The notes below the pieces were generated by a model that saw nothing but the letters and a program-made list of their open reading frames with translations, was not told the DNA's origin and ran no database searches. From Octopus sinensis (lineage: Eukaryota), in NCBI RefSeq assembly GCF_006345805.1, contig NC_043010.1:9548001-9612000 (forward strand): a stretch of 64,000 nt of DNA. The letters are read 5' to 3'. The position numbers were made by a program, and so were the translations under genes. Below, one piece after another: positions 26,772 to 41,368 of the stretch. The first letter of the stretch is position 1. Every line of letters starts with the position of its first letter.

Positions 26772-28693
26772 TATATACGTATACATATATGTTTGTTTGC
26801 CTGTATGTGCAAGCGTGTTATTTGTGTTTGTGTATATTTAAGTATATATTTGCCAAGACATCACATGATAGTTGCAAATGATCATTATCATCATACAAAT
26901 GTGATTGTTTGTTTCCGGTCATGTATGAGAAACATGTTGGGCTATGGAGAAATTATTACCTTGCTTGGAAACTGGTGAAGATTGATGACAGGAAGAGCAT
27001 CTGTCAGTGAAACATTTGCTTCAACAAATTCTGTCTGACCTATGCAAGCATGGGGAAGCAGACATTGAATGATGACGACGATGATGACGATGATAATGAT
27101 GACACTGAAGACGACAATGATGATGATGATGGTGATGACAACAGTAACTTTAAGGAAGATGTAAACTGAATGTCTCGCAAGTCTGTACCAACCTAATAAT
27201 AATAATGATGTTATAAGTACAAATATATATTCCCTCATCATAATAAACCTTAATGGTAGTATTTCTTCGGATCATTGTATAGGCTATACTCTGGTCCCAC
27301 ATTTAATGGATGGTTTAGGTTAAGGTCATACAAACCTATTCTACCATTATTAAAGCAATAAAACATGATGAAAGCAATACAAGCTAGATAAAAGTGTGGT
27401 TGCTTGTTTCCAATGGCGACTGAAAACTTTCCTACCTTCTGACTTGGTATGGCCTGATTAAAGAAGATTACATGTTGTTAACATTTCGGAAAGCAAGCAA
27501 GTGAAACAAAGCAGTAGTGAAAGGAAATTTCAGCCAATAAACTAACATGTCTTAGTTTTTGTGACATTCATTGGGCTTGTTTGAATCCATTTCCCCCACT
27601 AGATATTAAGTTTCTGCCTGTAGCTGTGAACATGTTATTGCCACTGGCAGAAAAGAAAAGAAAAGAAGGAAAATAAAAAAAAAAAGGAAGAAAGAATCTA
27701 AGCCCTCTCTTAATAATGGAAATGTTTGGTTCTTCTTAGTTATATTAATCTTCAAGGGAAATGGGAAACGGATGTCTAAATATATTGCTACACTGTTTTA
27801 TCAATTATAAAGCAACAACAGAACATTTTAGTCAATTTGATATGACCAAAACGCTGCATAATAATAATAAAGTGAAAGATAGCCGGAATGGAGGGCCTCT
27901 ACATGGTCAGCCAGTCTGCTAGAAATAGCTACCAAATTGTTCATTAAATCTTACTGTGTTGCCTTAAGAATAGGACATATTAGATAATGCAGTCCTTGAT
28001 ATATTATGCCTGAATAACAAATAGAATGGTTATGGCTGAAATGATTATATCTGCTTAGAGAGAGCAGACATGATGTCTAAATAATAACAACAACAATAAC
28101 AACAGACAGATTGAGAAAGCTCTTAGTATCTTTATATACTAATAGGTCTTATTATTTTGTGTATCATGATTCTGTTGAAATTCACTGCCTTTGATTCAAT
28201 TAATTTTTGAAATAGTAAATAATTTAGTAAAAATACCTGTCGTTAAGTTGGAGCAGAAGACACTTGTTCAAGCTGCTGCTGTGTTGTGGGACTGAACCCT
28301 AAAACCATGTGGTTGCAAAATGAGCTTCTTAGCCTCATTGTCAAGCCAGCAGAATTATTTTCTTGTCTTTTTGTGACCAGGAAGCAAAGTCCACTGCAGT
28401 TAGATACATCTGGAGATATAAGGCAAAGGCATTGCATGTGCATAATTGCACGAATACTGCAGGAATTACAATATCCTGATGAGGATAAACAAGGATTTGA
28501 TCAAGTGTTTTTTTTTTTTTTTGACAATCATTTGATGAACACAGAAGTTTTGAATTTGAAGACAAACTCGAAAGGGATAGGGGCAAAGTTTATACTTCAC
28601 CAACTGAAAGTTAAAACAATGTACCTCAAAAGAAGAAAGATTAACTCACCAAAATGCAATATGGGAAGAATTAAACAGAAAATTTGTAAATTT

Positions 28694-29333
28694 TAATTAC
28701 CTTTTTACTGTTCAGATTACTTTGTCAAATGTAACGCTTATTTATTCACGTTGTTTTGAATCACTCGTGCATTATCTTGTAGCTTTGAGAATTCAATGAT
28801 GTGATTGTATATTTTACTCTTTTACTTGTTTCAGTCATTTGACTGCGGCCATGCTGGAGCACCGCCTTTAGTCAAGCAAATCGACCCCGGGACTTATTCT
28901 TTGTAAGCCCAGTACTTATTCTATCGGTCTCTTTTGCCGAACAGCTAAGTGACGGGGACGTAAACACACCAGCATTGGTTGTCAAGCAATGCTAGGGGGA
29001 CAAACACAAACACACACACACACATATATATATATATACATATATACGACAGGCTTCTTTCAGTTTCCGTCTTTCAAATCCACTCACCAGGCATTGGTCG
29101 GCCCGGGGCTATAGCAGAAGACACTTGCCCAAGATGCCACGCAGTGGGACTGAACCCGGAACCATGTGGTTGGTTAGCAAGCTACTTACCACACAACCAC
29201 TCTTGCGCCTGATTGTATATTTTTAGAATGACATTGCAGAGTAGGTGTGAGATGCCATATCTGACCAGTTTTTAACATAAAACAGGTAGAATATTTGGGC
29301 TGGATAAGGCTGATTTAAATGCTAAAGGGTTAA
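28694..29333 (+). mobile_element. piggyBac-like MITE interrupted by SINE A
   Basis: Ends aatgctaaaggg|ttaa; body matches 48726-49434. Confidence 0.7.
28816..29210 (-). mobile_element. SINE A with 13-bp TSD
   Basis: gattgtatatttt at 28803 and 29211. Confidence 0.9.
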
Positions 29334-29547
29334 GAAGCAAAGTATTATATGTTTCTGCCAAGTTGTTAATAAATTCTCATTGTGTTTGTAAAATAAGTGA
29401 AGTAAAGGGTATAAGTCATGAAGCTTAGGTCCAGATGCAGGTTATATTCTCTTGGCAGAGAACCCACAAAGCTTTTATAACTTTATGACAGAGCTTCCAG
29501 AACTTTTCCCCATGGTGATTCAGTTTTTAATGTCAACTCTTTTCATA

Positions 29548-29991
29548 GATGTGGCTGTGTGGTTAAAAAGCTTGCTCTGCAATCCTGTATTTTGGGGATC
29601 AGACTCACTGCATGGCCCCTGAAGCAAGTGTCTTCTAATATCAACCTGAGCTAACCAATGCTTTGTGAGTGAATTTAGTAGAAGGAAATTGTGTGGAAGC
29701 CTATTGTGTATGTGTGTGCATATGTTTGTTGTGTGCATGTGTTTTTGTGTTTATGTGTATTTGTGTGTGCATCTTTGTGTGTGTATCTTTATGTTTGCCT
29801 TTGCTTCCACCATTTCACAACCGGTGTTGGTTTGTTAATGTTCATGTAACTCAGTTGTTAGTCGAAAAGCCCAGCAAAACAAATACCAGACTTCAGAAAT
29901 ATAAGTATTGGGGTGATTTTTTCAACTAGAACCATCAAAGCAGTGCCTCAGCATGACTGCAGTTTAATGACTGATACAAGTAAAAGATAAA
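29548..29991 (+). mobile_element. Old diverged SINE A relative
   Basis: gtggctgtgtggtt..aagtgtcttct..cagcatgactgcagtttaatgactgatacaagtaaaag. Confidence 0.65.
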
Positions 29992-30120
29992 CATTAAAAA
30001 ATAGATACATTAAGTTTTGTTAGCAACAGGTAGTGAGCAAAACTGCTAAATAAAGAATTAGATATCATATCACCTGCTATGACTGTTGTATCTAAATTTA
30101 CTCTGAGTTGTCATTTTCCT

Positions 30121-30510
30121 ACCAGTGTCGCCTTACTGGCACTTGTGCCCCGTGCTAGTTGGGTGCTAAGAGTACCATTTGAGCGTGGTCATTGCCAGAG
30201 CGACTAACTGGCTTCCATGCTGGTGGCATGTAAAAGGCACCATTCGAGCGAGATCGTTACCAGCATCGCCTTACTGGCATTTGTGCCAGTGGCATGTGTA
30301 AAACATTCGAGCGAGGTCATTGCCAGTACCGCCTGACTGGCCCCCATGCCGGTTGCACCCACTACATTCTCAGAGTGGTTGGCGTTAGGAAGGGCATCCA
30401 GCTGTAGAAACTCTGCCAGATCAAGATTGGAGCCTGGTGAAACCATCTGGTTCGTCAGCCCATAGTCAAAATCGTCCAACCCATGCTAGCATGGAAAGCG
30501 GACGTTAAAC

Positions 30511-30540
<30 letters not shown>
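30121..30540 (+). mobile_element. RTE 3' UTR fragment
   Basis: Tandem ~60-bp units followed by the tail and (GAT)n. Confidence 0.75.
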
Positions 30541-30541
<1 letters not shown>

Positions 30542-31198
30542 CCTCATCCAAGAAATTCATCAAAATTGATCAGATTTTATTTAATTTCATATCACACCTA
30601 GAGAACATCAACAATGCTCAGCAATGCACTAAAGTATCATTACGCACAGTTTGGAAAACCTGTGGTTTATGAGTTTGATAAGTAAATAAATAGCAGAAGG
30701 GAACAAAGCTGTATGGCCAGAATCGATCAGGGAGATATCTGTGTATCCTAGCAATATACAGGCATGCCTCAACTTACGTCATTTCAAGCTATGTCTTGAG
30801 TAACATTACAGTGATTGCAGCAAGCATACTCAAAGGCATAGAAAATTTAGAATAAATGCCTAAAATGCCTAAAAAGCAATAAAGTAGAAAATCAAATAAA
30901 ATACGTAAAAATATGTACAAATCATTCATTAAAACAGATAAAAGCGAACAAATCAGGAAAATGGTTTTTTTTAATATTTATTTTTCTTTTATCATTTAGT
31001 TTCTTTTTTTGCTTTTTTTACCTTTATGTTTGTTTTCTTTCTATCTAAATGTTTACAGTTTAGTATTTTATAATGATGGGAAGTTTTTACAATGGATTTC
31101 AATATATTTTTAATTGTTATTTTTTTTTTTTCCGTGTTACAACCTTTATTTTTTTAATGAAGTCATGTGTCTTGGAAACTGTTAATGACAAAAGTTGA

Positions 31199-31615
31199 TA
31201 GGAGTGGCTTTGTGGTAAGTAGCTTGCTAACCAACTACATGGTTCCGGGTTCAGTCCCACTGCGTGGCATCTTGGGCAAGTGTCTTCTACTATAGCCTCT
31301 GGCCAACCAAAGCCTTGTGAGTGGATTTGGTAGACAGAAACTGAAAGAAGCCCATCGTATATATGTATATATATATGTGTGTGTGTGCGTGTATGTTTGT
31401 GTGTCTGTGTTTGTCCCCCTAGCATTGCTTGACAACTGGTGCTGGTGTGTTTACGTCTCCGTCACTTAGCGGTTCGGCAAAAGAGACCGATGGAATAAGT
31501 ACTGGGATTACAAAAGAATAAGTCCCGGGGTCGAGTTGCTCGACTAAAGGCGGTGCTCCAGCATGGCCACAGTCAAATGACTGAAACAAGTAAAAGAGTA
31601 AAAGAGTAAAAGAGT
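31199..31615 (+). mobile_element. SINE A, full length
   Basis: Family A match. Confidence 0.85.
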
Positions 31616-32107
31616 ATACCTATATTTCAGAAATAATCTAATGACTGAAAGAATTTTAAATCTTTAGCTTATCAACTGCAGATCATTACATTGTTAGGCT
31701 GATTGTCATACTATGTCAACTCAATACGAAATCGTGTTTGCTGTATTTTATGATATAAAATAAGTAATGATATAAAATATATTTTATGATATAAAATAAG
31801 TATCCAATAAATAACATGCTGCATTCAGTAAATAATTATATCCGGAGCATAATTCATTACATACGCATGTGAGAAAGTAATGAATGAATTGAGGGGAAAC
31901 TAATTTTTCAATACACAATAATATTCTCACAGGACTTTCAGTAGGCTGTGTATAGCATTTCCGAAAGTGATTTTGTCTGGTGTTTAACACCTGTATGTTA
32001 TCAAGGGAACAAATTCTGACAAAAAACAATATAGTGAGTTTTCACTTGTGCTAACCAAAAGTCTTGTGAGTGGATTTGGTTGTTAGAAACTGTATATACA
32101 TGTATGA

Positions 32108-32415
32108 GTGGAGGTGCAATGGCCCAGTGGTTATGGCAGCAGGCTCGCAGTTGGAGGTTTGCGGTTTCAATTCCCAGACCAGGTGTTGTGTGTGTTTATT
32201 GAGTGAAAACACCTAAAAGCTGCATGAGGCTCCGGCAGGGGGTGGTGGCGACCCTCGTTGTACTCTTTAGCCACAACTTCCTCTCACTCTCTCTTCCTGT
32301 TTTTTGAGTAACGCTGCAATGGACTGGCATACCGTCCAGCTGGGGGGGGGGGACATATACACCACAGAAACTGGAAAACCAGGCTCATGAGCCTGGCTAG
32401 GCTTGGAAAGGGTGA
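32108..32415 (+). mobile_element. SINE E variant
   Basis: gtggaggtgcaatggcccagtggtt..ggtttcaattcccagacc head, with a different 3' part. Confidence 0.7.
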
Positions 32416-33572
32416 AAAAAAATATGTGTATGTAATTCTGTATTTTTTCAATTTTCTGTCTGAAAAATCACTAATGAGCGATGACTTACTTGTTTTTCTC
32501 TATGTATACCTCTGTAACTCCTATGAGGTAAAGAAACATATGTAGTGGGGAATTAAAAAAATACGTATATGTTTTGATGCATACATATGTTATATACATA
32601 TATATGAATATATATTACATGTGTGTAAGTTGCTGTCTCTTTTTTTTATGGTTTGTGATTGCTGTAAATGAGCATCACTGTCATACAAGCAGTATCTTTC
32701 ATTTCCAGTCTTCCAAGAAAAATAGGTGATGGTTGGTGACAGGAAAGACATCTAGGTGTAGAAAATTTGCTACTAACCCCAAGATTCCGAGTTTGATTCC
32801 AAGCAGTGACCTGAATAATAATAAGAAGAATAAGAATAATAATATTCAAAAATACCTTAGGAATGAGAACCCAGGTTCGAAATTTTCCCCAAGACATATT
32901 TGTCTGATACATGAATAATTCTACCAGTCTTATTTTGGAGGGCTTCGGGGTAAATTTGAACTTATAACAAAGAGAGAATAAAACTAAACATAACAAAGTA
33001 CATTATTCAAATGTCTGGGTCATATTTTTCTACCACAACATTTAAATATTGTAACTATGATTCATTAATGTTAAGTATATTACAACAGGGTAAACAAAAA
33101 GAAGTTGCATTTGACCTTTATTCTAATGGCTTTTAAGATGATCTATGTTATTAATTATGAATTATTGTAATACACATATAAACACATACGCATACTAACT
33201 CACACATATGCATGTGTGTTTTTAAAAACATAAATACATGTATGTATATGTATGTATGTATATACATGTATATGTACATGTGTACGTAAGTATACATATT
33301 TATATGTGTGTATATATTTATGTTATAGATGGTTTGAGAGAGAAAAACAAAGAAAAAGAGAGAGAGAGAAAGACAAAGCTAGAGAGAGAGAGAGGAAGCA
33401 AACAAGAGATAAAGAGAGCAACACATATGCATGTTGACGAAAATGAGAATGAATTAGAGAAAATATGAGTGAGAGGTAACATAAAATAAAGTGAAGTGTA
33501 AATGTATGCATTTATATATATACTTACATCTATCTCTCTCTATATATATATACACACACATACATAAATACA

Positions 33573-34190
33573 CAGGGGTTGGACAAAATAATGGAAACAC
33601 CTAGCATCAGAGAATCATAATTTTGAATTAACTATAAAACTGTCAAAAGCTTGTTTATTTTTATGTTTTTTGATTTACTATTAGTGTTGCTTAACATGTT
33701 TTGCTAACATTGCTGTTTCTTTTCAGATATCATCAGAAAAAGGTAATTAAAATTCATTAAAATGACAGATCTACCAGACTTTCAAAGATGTCAAATTGTT
33801 GGTGCTTGTATGGCAGGTGCTAGTGTAATGAAAACAGCCAAAATGTTTAATGTATCAAGAAGTACTGTCTCGAAAGTAATGACAGCCTTTGAGAAAGAGG
33901 GAAAAATTTTCTTGTCAAAACAAAACTCTGGAAGAAAACCAGCACTTTCAGATTGGGACCATCAGACTCTTATGCAAAATCTTAGAAAGGGTCACAAAGG
34001 TACAGCTCCCAGAATTATTACAGAGCTTAATGACCACCTCGAGAACCTAGTTTCCACAAAAACCATTCACTGGGAGTTGCACAAAGCCAGATTTCATGGG
34101 AGGACTGCAATCAGAAAACCACCTCTTTCAAAACAAATGTTGCAATGTTGATATATGATTTTTCCAATGGTTAAATAAACTTCATCATAC
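33573..34190 (+). mobile_element. Tc1-like transposon 5' remnant (left TIR plus DNA-binding domain)
   Basis: TIR caggggttggacaaaataatggaaacacct; ORF 33762-34151 MTDLPDFQRCQIVGACMAGASVMKTAKMFNVSRSTVSKV..SGRKP..RTAIRKP matches the Tc1 paired-like HTH; DDE domain and right TIR absent. Confidence 0.85.
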
Positions 34191-34572
34191 TAGTTCTCTA
34201 GTCATATATGACTTTATATACACACACATACGCACATACACACATGCACACACACGCACACATGCACACAAACATATAAGTACACATATACATACATATA
34301 TATGAACATGTATATATATGTGTGTATACACACACATACAGACATGTGAGCACATAACTGCAGAACAAAATATAGAAAATAGTTCTCAAGTACAAAGGTA
34401 GAATAAAAAATAGTGCTTCATTTCATTATTTGAAACATCAGTTCCTGTAACATCAGTTCCCGTAACTAAATATCAAACAGACTTTTGTCTGGATAATGGA
34501 TACATGATGAATGCCAGTGTAACAGCTTGTAAATATCTCAACTTCAATAAAGTCTCTCACACACACATGGAA

Positions 34573-34994
34573 TCTTACTCTTACTCTTACTCTTACTTGT
34601 TTCAGTCATTTGACTGTGGCCATGCTGGAGCACCGCCTTTAGTCGGGCAAATTGACTCCGGGACTTATTCTTTGTAAGCCCAGTACTTATTCTATCGGTC
34701 TCTTTTTGCCGAACCGCTAAGTGACGGGGACGTAAACACACCAGCATCGGTTGTCAAGCAATGCTAGGGGGACAAACACAGACACACAAACACACACACA
34801 CATACATATATACATATATATACATATATACGACAGGCTTCTTTCAGTTTCCGTCTACCAAATCCATTCACAAGGCATTGGTCGGCCCGGGGCTCTAGCA
34901 GAAGACACTTGCCCAAGATGCCACGCAGTGGGACTGAACCCGGAACCATGTGGTTGGTTAGCGGGCTACTTACCACACAGCCACTCCTGCGCCT
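34573..34994 (-). mobile_element. SINE A, full length
   Basis: Family A match. Confidence 0.85.
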
Positions 34995-35424
34995 ATATCT
35001 GTCTAAATTTATTTTGGAAATAATCTAAACTTATTGCAAGTGCTTTGATAATTAAAATTGTCATTATTCCAGCCACTTCCAGATTCAAACTTAACGGATC
35101 CTATCAAACAATTATGAAATAAAGTTTTAATTTTAATTCAGACACATTAGAATGGAATTTTTTCTCTTCTTTTAATCATTGTTCCGAGAGCTGTCTGAAG
35201 AAAATTGGTGTCAAAAGTGTTTGTATTACATAATCTAAGCCAAAATAGTGAAAGAAAAAACAGCAGTGTGTTGTAAGGTGTAAAATTTGTTTAGAAAATA
35301 TTTAGTAGTTTGTCAGTCATTTTGGTGGAATTTTCACTCTTTTTTCTCTTTGTGTATTTGACCTTTCATGTAACCTCAAAATACTCCGTTTACAAAAGTT
35401 AAACCACTCTATGAATGAGTAGTG

Positions 35425-35597
35425 AAATACATACATGCATACATACATACATACATACATACATACATACATACATACATACATACATACGTACGTACGT
35501 ACGTACATACATACATACATACATACATACATACATACGTACATACATACATACATACATACACACACACACATACATACATACATACATACATACA

Positions 35598-35630
<33 letters not shown>

Positions 35631-36300
35631 GCACACAAATTCACACATGCACATATATACACAAATACATATATATTCACACATGCACATATATATATAT
35701 ATATATACAAATACATATATATTCACACATACATATATATTTGTGTGTATATAAATAGGCAATACATAAACTATGTATATATATGTATATATATGTATGT
35801 ATGTATATATATATATGTATCTATATATGTATATATATGTGTGTCTGTGTGTGTGTGTATATATACATATATATGTGTGTGCATGTGTGTGTGTGTGTGC
35901 ATAATAGATATATGTGTATGTGTTATAGATATATAATATATATGTTATACATAAAGCATATATATATATATATCTTTATGTTATACATATATAATGAATA
36001 TGTGGCTATACATACCTACATCCATATAGTCATACATGCATGCATGCATACATACATACATACATACATACATGTATGCATGCATACATACATACATACA
36101 TACATACATACATACATACATACACATACATTCATAGATACATACATACACACATACATGCATACATACATACATACAAACATACATACATGCATACACA
36201 CATACATACATACATACATACATACATACATACATACTTACATGCATACATACATACATACATACATAGATATAAGCATAGAAGCATACATATACAAAGG
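35425..36300. repeat. (TACA)n/(TA)n compound microsatellite
   Basis: Directly visible. Confidence 0.95.
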
Positions 36301-36689
36301 ATAAAAAGTCCATTATGAAATGCTACGGCGGCTTAAAGTCAAAATAGTAAAAGGTGGACGCAGCATTGTGATGACAATGGATTTGTGTTGAATATGTATT
36401 AAAGACTGATGAGTGACTGATGTGAGAGATTCTGGAATTTGCTCAGAATCCTTCTTGAATACTGTTTACATCCGAATTTACCTCTGTGAAAAGGAAAGGA
36501 CAAAGGGAGGTGGCTATGTGGAGGAGGGGGGGCAGTGTTTAGATTGCAATCAGCAGGAATTCAATTGATGGATAATCTATGGACATCTAAAATTTATTCG
36601 GAATATATAACTAAAGCTTACAGTTTCTATCTCCTTGTCAACCATTTTATTCTATGAAATAGGAAAGAGAGGTAGAATGATGGTAGTGT

Positions 36690-36833
36690 GTGAGAGATAA
36701 GAATAAGTGTGTGAGAGAGAGAGAGAAGGGGAAGAAAGAGAGAGAGAGAAAGGGTGAATGATTGGGTGAAAGAAACTGTGTATGTGTGGGTGTGTGTATG
36801 TATATGTATATATACACATATACATATATATCC

Positions 36834-36865
<32 letters not shown>

Positions 36866-36881
36866 ATATATATATATATAT

Positions 36882-36927
<46 letters not shown>

Positions 36928-37079
36928 ACATATATATATATATATATGCATGCATATATATATATATATATACACATATATATATATACATATATATATG
37001 TATATATTATATATATATATTATTACATACATACACACATACATACATATATATATTATATATATATACATACATACAC

Positions 37080-37137
<58 letters not shown>

Positions 37138-37170
37138 CAGAGAGAGGGAGAGAGAGGGGGAGGGAGAGAA
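36690..37170. repeat. (GA)n/(TA)n compound microsatellite
   Basis: Directly visible. Confidence 0.9.
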
Positions 37171-37599
37171 TATTAGGTTTTGTTATAAGAAAATGTATTC
37201 AGTTTTTCTCTTTTCAAAAATGCTAACAGCCCTAAGACTGATATATTATCATTGAATGAGTCTTTCAGAATCTGGCTTTTCAATGGCTGTGACAGTAGTT
37301 TTTAGCTTCTTTTCAATGAAAATAATAAGGTTAACAAGATTTCTAATGCTATAATTTCATTGTGGTAATGTGAATGTCAAAATTGCTTTCTCTATTCTAG
37401 TGAAAAACATTTTTGATTGGATACAAAACTAAACAGAGAAGTAGACTGTATGTTTATCGAGTTATGACTTGTGCTTGTTATGGTTCACAGAGTTATAGAT
37501 TCACAGAGAGAGAAATGTAAGGTTTGAATATATATATATATATAAGGCAATGCACGTCGTTATATTAACGTTGCCTTCCTCTGCTTTCTCTTTGATTAC

Positions 37600-37925
37600 T
37601 AGCATCATCATCATCATTGTTGTCGTTGTCATCGTCATCATCATCATCATCATCATCATCATCGTTATCATCGTTGTCATCATCATCATCATCATTGTCG
37701 TCATCGTCGTCGTTGTCATCATCATTGTCGTCGTTGTCAATCATCATCATCATCATCATCATCATCATTGTCGTCATCGTCGTCGTTGTCATCATCATTG
37801 TCGTCGTTGTCATCATCATCATCATCATCATTATGATCTTCTTTGTCTCTGTTTTGTCATTGAGACCATCACCATCATCATCCTCATCCTAATCTTCATC
37901 ATCATCATCATAATCATCATCCTTG

Positions 37926-37962
<37 letters not shown>

Positions 37963-38046
37963 TATCATCATGTTGTACTTCCTCCTCATAATCATCATCG
38001 TCATTATGATCCTCGTTGTCTCTGTTTCGTCATTGAGACCACCACC

Positions 38047-38077
<31 letters not shown>

Positions 38078-38440
38078 CTATCATCATCATCACCATCACC
38101 ATCATCATCATCATCATCACCATCATCATCATAATCATCATCCTTGTCATCATCATCATCACCACCATCGCCATCGTCATCATCTCCGCCATCCTCATCA
38201 ACATCATCATCACCACCATCCTCATCATTGTCATTGTCCTCACCATGATGATGATGATCATCATCGTCATCACCATCATCACCATCCTCAACAGTGTCTT
38301 CATCATCTGTGTTGTCATGATCACCATCATTTTCATCTTCATCATCATCATTGTCGTTGTCATCATAATCATCATCATCATTATCATCATCGTCATCGTC
38401 ATCCCTCTCTCATATCAACATCATTACCACTTTCATCATC
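37600..38440. repeat. (CAT)n/(CGT)n trinucleotide region
   Basis: Directly visible. Confidence 0.95.
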
Positions 38441-38635
38441 ACTGCGATCATGGCTTCTATAATTTAACTCAAGCCCTACATTATAAGCAAACAACAGTGA
38501 GACACCTTGCATTTTCCGGGTTCTCCATCATTTATCTACCAACGAGGTCTTCTCCTATGTTCTCCACTGATACAGAAAATGTTATGCATTTTTTTTATTG
38601 TATGATAATTGAACTTGCCTCAAATTATTACTTTG

Positions 38636-39135
<500 letters not shown>

Positions 39136-39629
39136 TTATAATTTATATAGTCTCTGTTTATAATACTATACTTGTATAATATTCAACTTTTAGTTTTTTA
39201 TTGGCTTCAGTGATTGAATTACAATCATGCTGATGCTCAATCATCAAGGATTTTAGTCAATGATATCAATCACAGTACTTATTCCAGATTGGTAGAAGAT
39301 GATTGCTTTAAGTGTACCGAGTGGTGGAATCAGTCCAGGAAGCATGTTACTTAAAAGTAAACTTCTTAATCACATAACTACACCTACAAACACAAGCACA
39401 TACACACAGATACATGTGTATGTGTGTGTGTATATATATATATATCCATATATATATATTTTTAATACTTTTCTCACTGTATTACTTGTTCATTTCCCAT
39501 TTTTTTTTCCCATCAATGATTTAATTTTTGATCTTCTATATAAACGTAGATATTTCCTTCATCAGGCTGTTTTTTCTACAAAATGATGAGAAGTTACATT
39601 GCGGAACTGTTATTTTAATGAGTTGTATC

Positions 39630-39745
39630 TGTTTATCACCCAACGAGATACATTTGCACTACCGGATGTTCCTGAACCAGTTGTTGAGTGTCCCACCCAT
39701 GAGGGATCAGTGTTAGATGTGTCGAAACAATTGTCGTGATAAATA
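39630..39745 (+). ncRNA. Type I hammerhead ribozyme fold with mutated core (probably inactive)
   Basis: Stem I tgtttatcac/gtgataaata; core CCAACGA instead of CUGANGA; long stem II gatacatttgcact/agtgttagatgtgtc; GAAA; palindromic stem III acaattgt; GUC site. Confidence 0.7.
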
Positions 39746-39824
39746 AATTCTTGTATATTCCATCTTCCATCATATATTTGGCATATATATATATATATAT
39801 ATAATATATATATATAATATATAT

Positions 39825-39856
<32 letters not shown>

Positions 39857-40426
39857 CATATATAGTTAATCCAAACAAGAAAGCACAAAAAAACACAACA
39901 ACGCGAGGATGTGGAACAAATATAGTATTATTGGACGCTCAGGAAAGAAGGAAAGAAAATAATACTACCACTACCACAAAAATAACAACCTCCTCTTTAA
40001 GAGGTCATGTGTTTTGGAAAGGTTTAATGAAAGCGCTTACACACCAGAAAAAGACCTCTTCACAAAAAAGGTTCGTAACATCCTCATAAAAGATTTTTTA
40101 ATATTTTTTTTCAAAATCACCTTTACACTTCAAAAACTGTATTAAGTAATCCTCATAGACTTTCAAATATATATATATATATATATATTTAATCAATATA
40201 GGGTGGCAGAAAAAAATTTTGTAGAATTCTTTTTGCCACCAGCGGCCTAGTGGGAAAAAATTAAATAGTCATAGACCATTTTAAGTTCAACATCAACAAT
40301 CAGGAACGGCCATGATGGCCATGAATAACGCCACAGCTAGAAATTAACAGCAAAAGCTTCAAACTCAGCGCAAATAAAGATTAATTCCGTAACAGGAGAA
40401 AATTTAAAAAACATTTACCCTGTTAA

Positions 40427-40532
40427 TTTTCTTGTACGATGCACCGTTTCATCTGCTGTTTAATGGTAAACTAACCTGATTAAATTGAATCAAGCCAATC
40501 TTCCATAGGCCTCAGATTCTTCAGCAAGAAAT
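40427..40532 (-). ncRNA. Type I hammerhead ribozyme (repeat copy 1)
   Basis: Reverse complement of the motif at 41369-41474. Confidence 0.8.
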
Positions 40533-41368
40533 AGCCAAGTCGGAACAGATATTTTCACGAGGCATTTCAAACCCTGCCAAGGTAATATCTGACCTACCTA
40601 AATTTTCAAATCGTCGCGCGCCAAATATTTATCGGCAGCAAATAAATATAAGCCGTCGATTCCATACGGAATTAACCACAAAACATGACAATTCATAATA
40701 ATCAATATAGGGGGCAGAAAAAAATTTTGTAGAATTCTTTTTGCCACCAGCGGCCTAGTGGGAAAAAATTAAATAGTCATAGACCATTTTTAAGTTCATC
40801 AACATCAACAATCAAGGAACGGCCATGATAGGCCATTCACCCACTAGAAATAACAGCCAAAGCTTCAACCGCAAATAAAGATTAATTCCGTAAACAGGAG
40901 AAAATTTAAAAAACATTTACCCTGTAATTTCTTGTACGATGCACCGTTTCATCTGCTGTTTAATGGTAAACTAACCTGATTAAATTGAATCAAGCCAATT
41001 TTTTTAAATTTTCTCCTGTTTACGGAATTAATCTTTATTTGCGGTTGAAGCTTTGGCTGTTATTTCTAGTGGGTGAATGGCCTATCATGGCCGTTCCTTG
41101 ATTGTTGATGTTGAACTTAAAAATGGTCTATGACTATTTAATTTTTTCCCACTAGGCCGCTGGTGGCAAAAAGAATTCTACAAAATTTTTTTCTGCCACC
41201 CTATATTGATTAATTATGATTTTCTGGTTAATTCCATAATGGAATCGACGGCTTATATTTATATTTGCTGCCGATAAATTTGGCGCGAGTGCGACGATTT
41301 GAAAAATTTCAGATATTACCTTGGCAGGGTTTGAAATGCCTCGTGAAAATATCTGTTCCGACTTGGCT

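Noticed and set aside
36402-36490. CTGATGAG motif
   Set aside because: No correctly placed GAAA or complementary stems.
39520-39570. Minus-strand CTGATGAAGG
   Set aside because: No GAAA, stem III or stem I partner recognisable.
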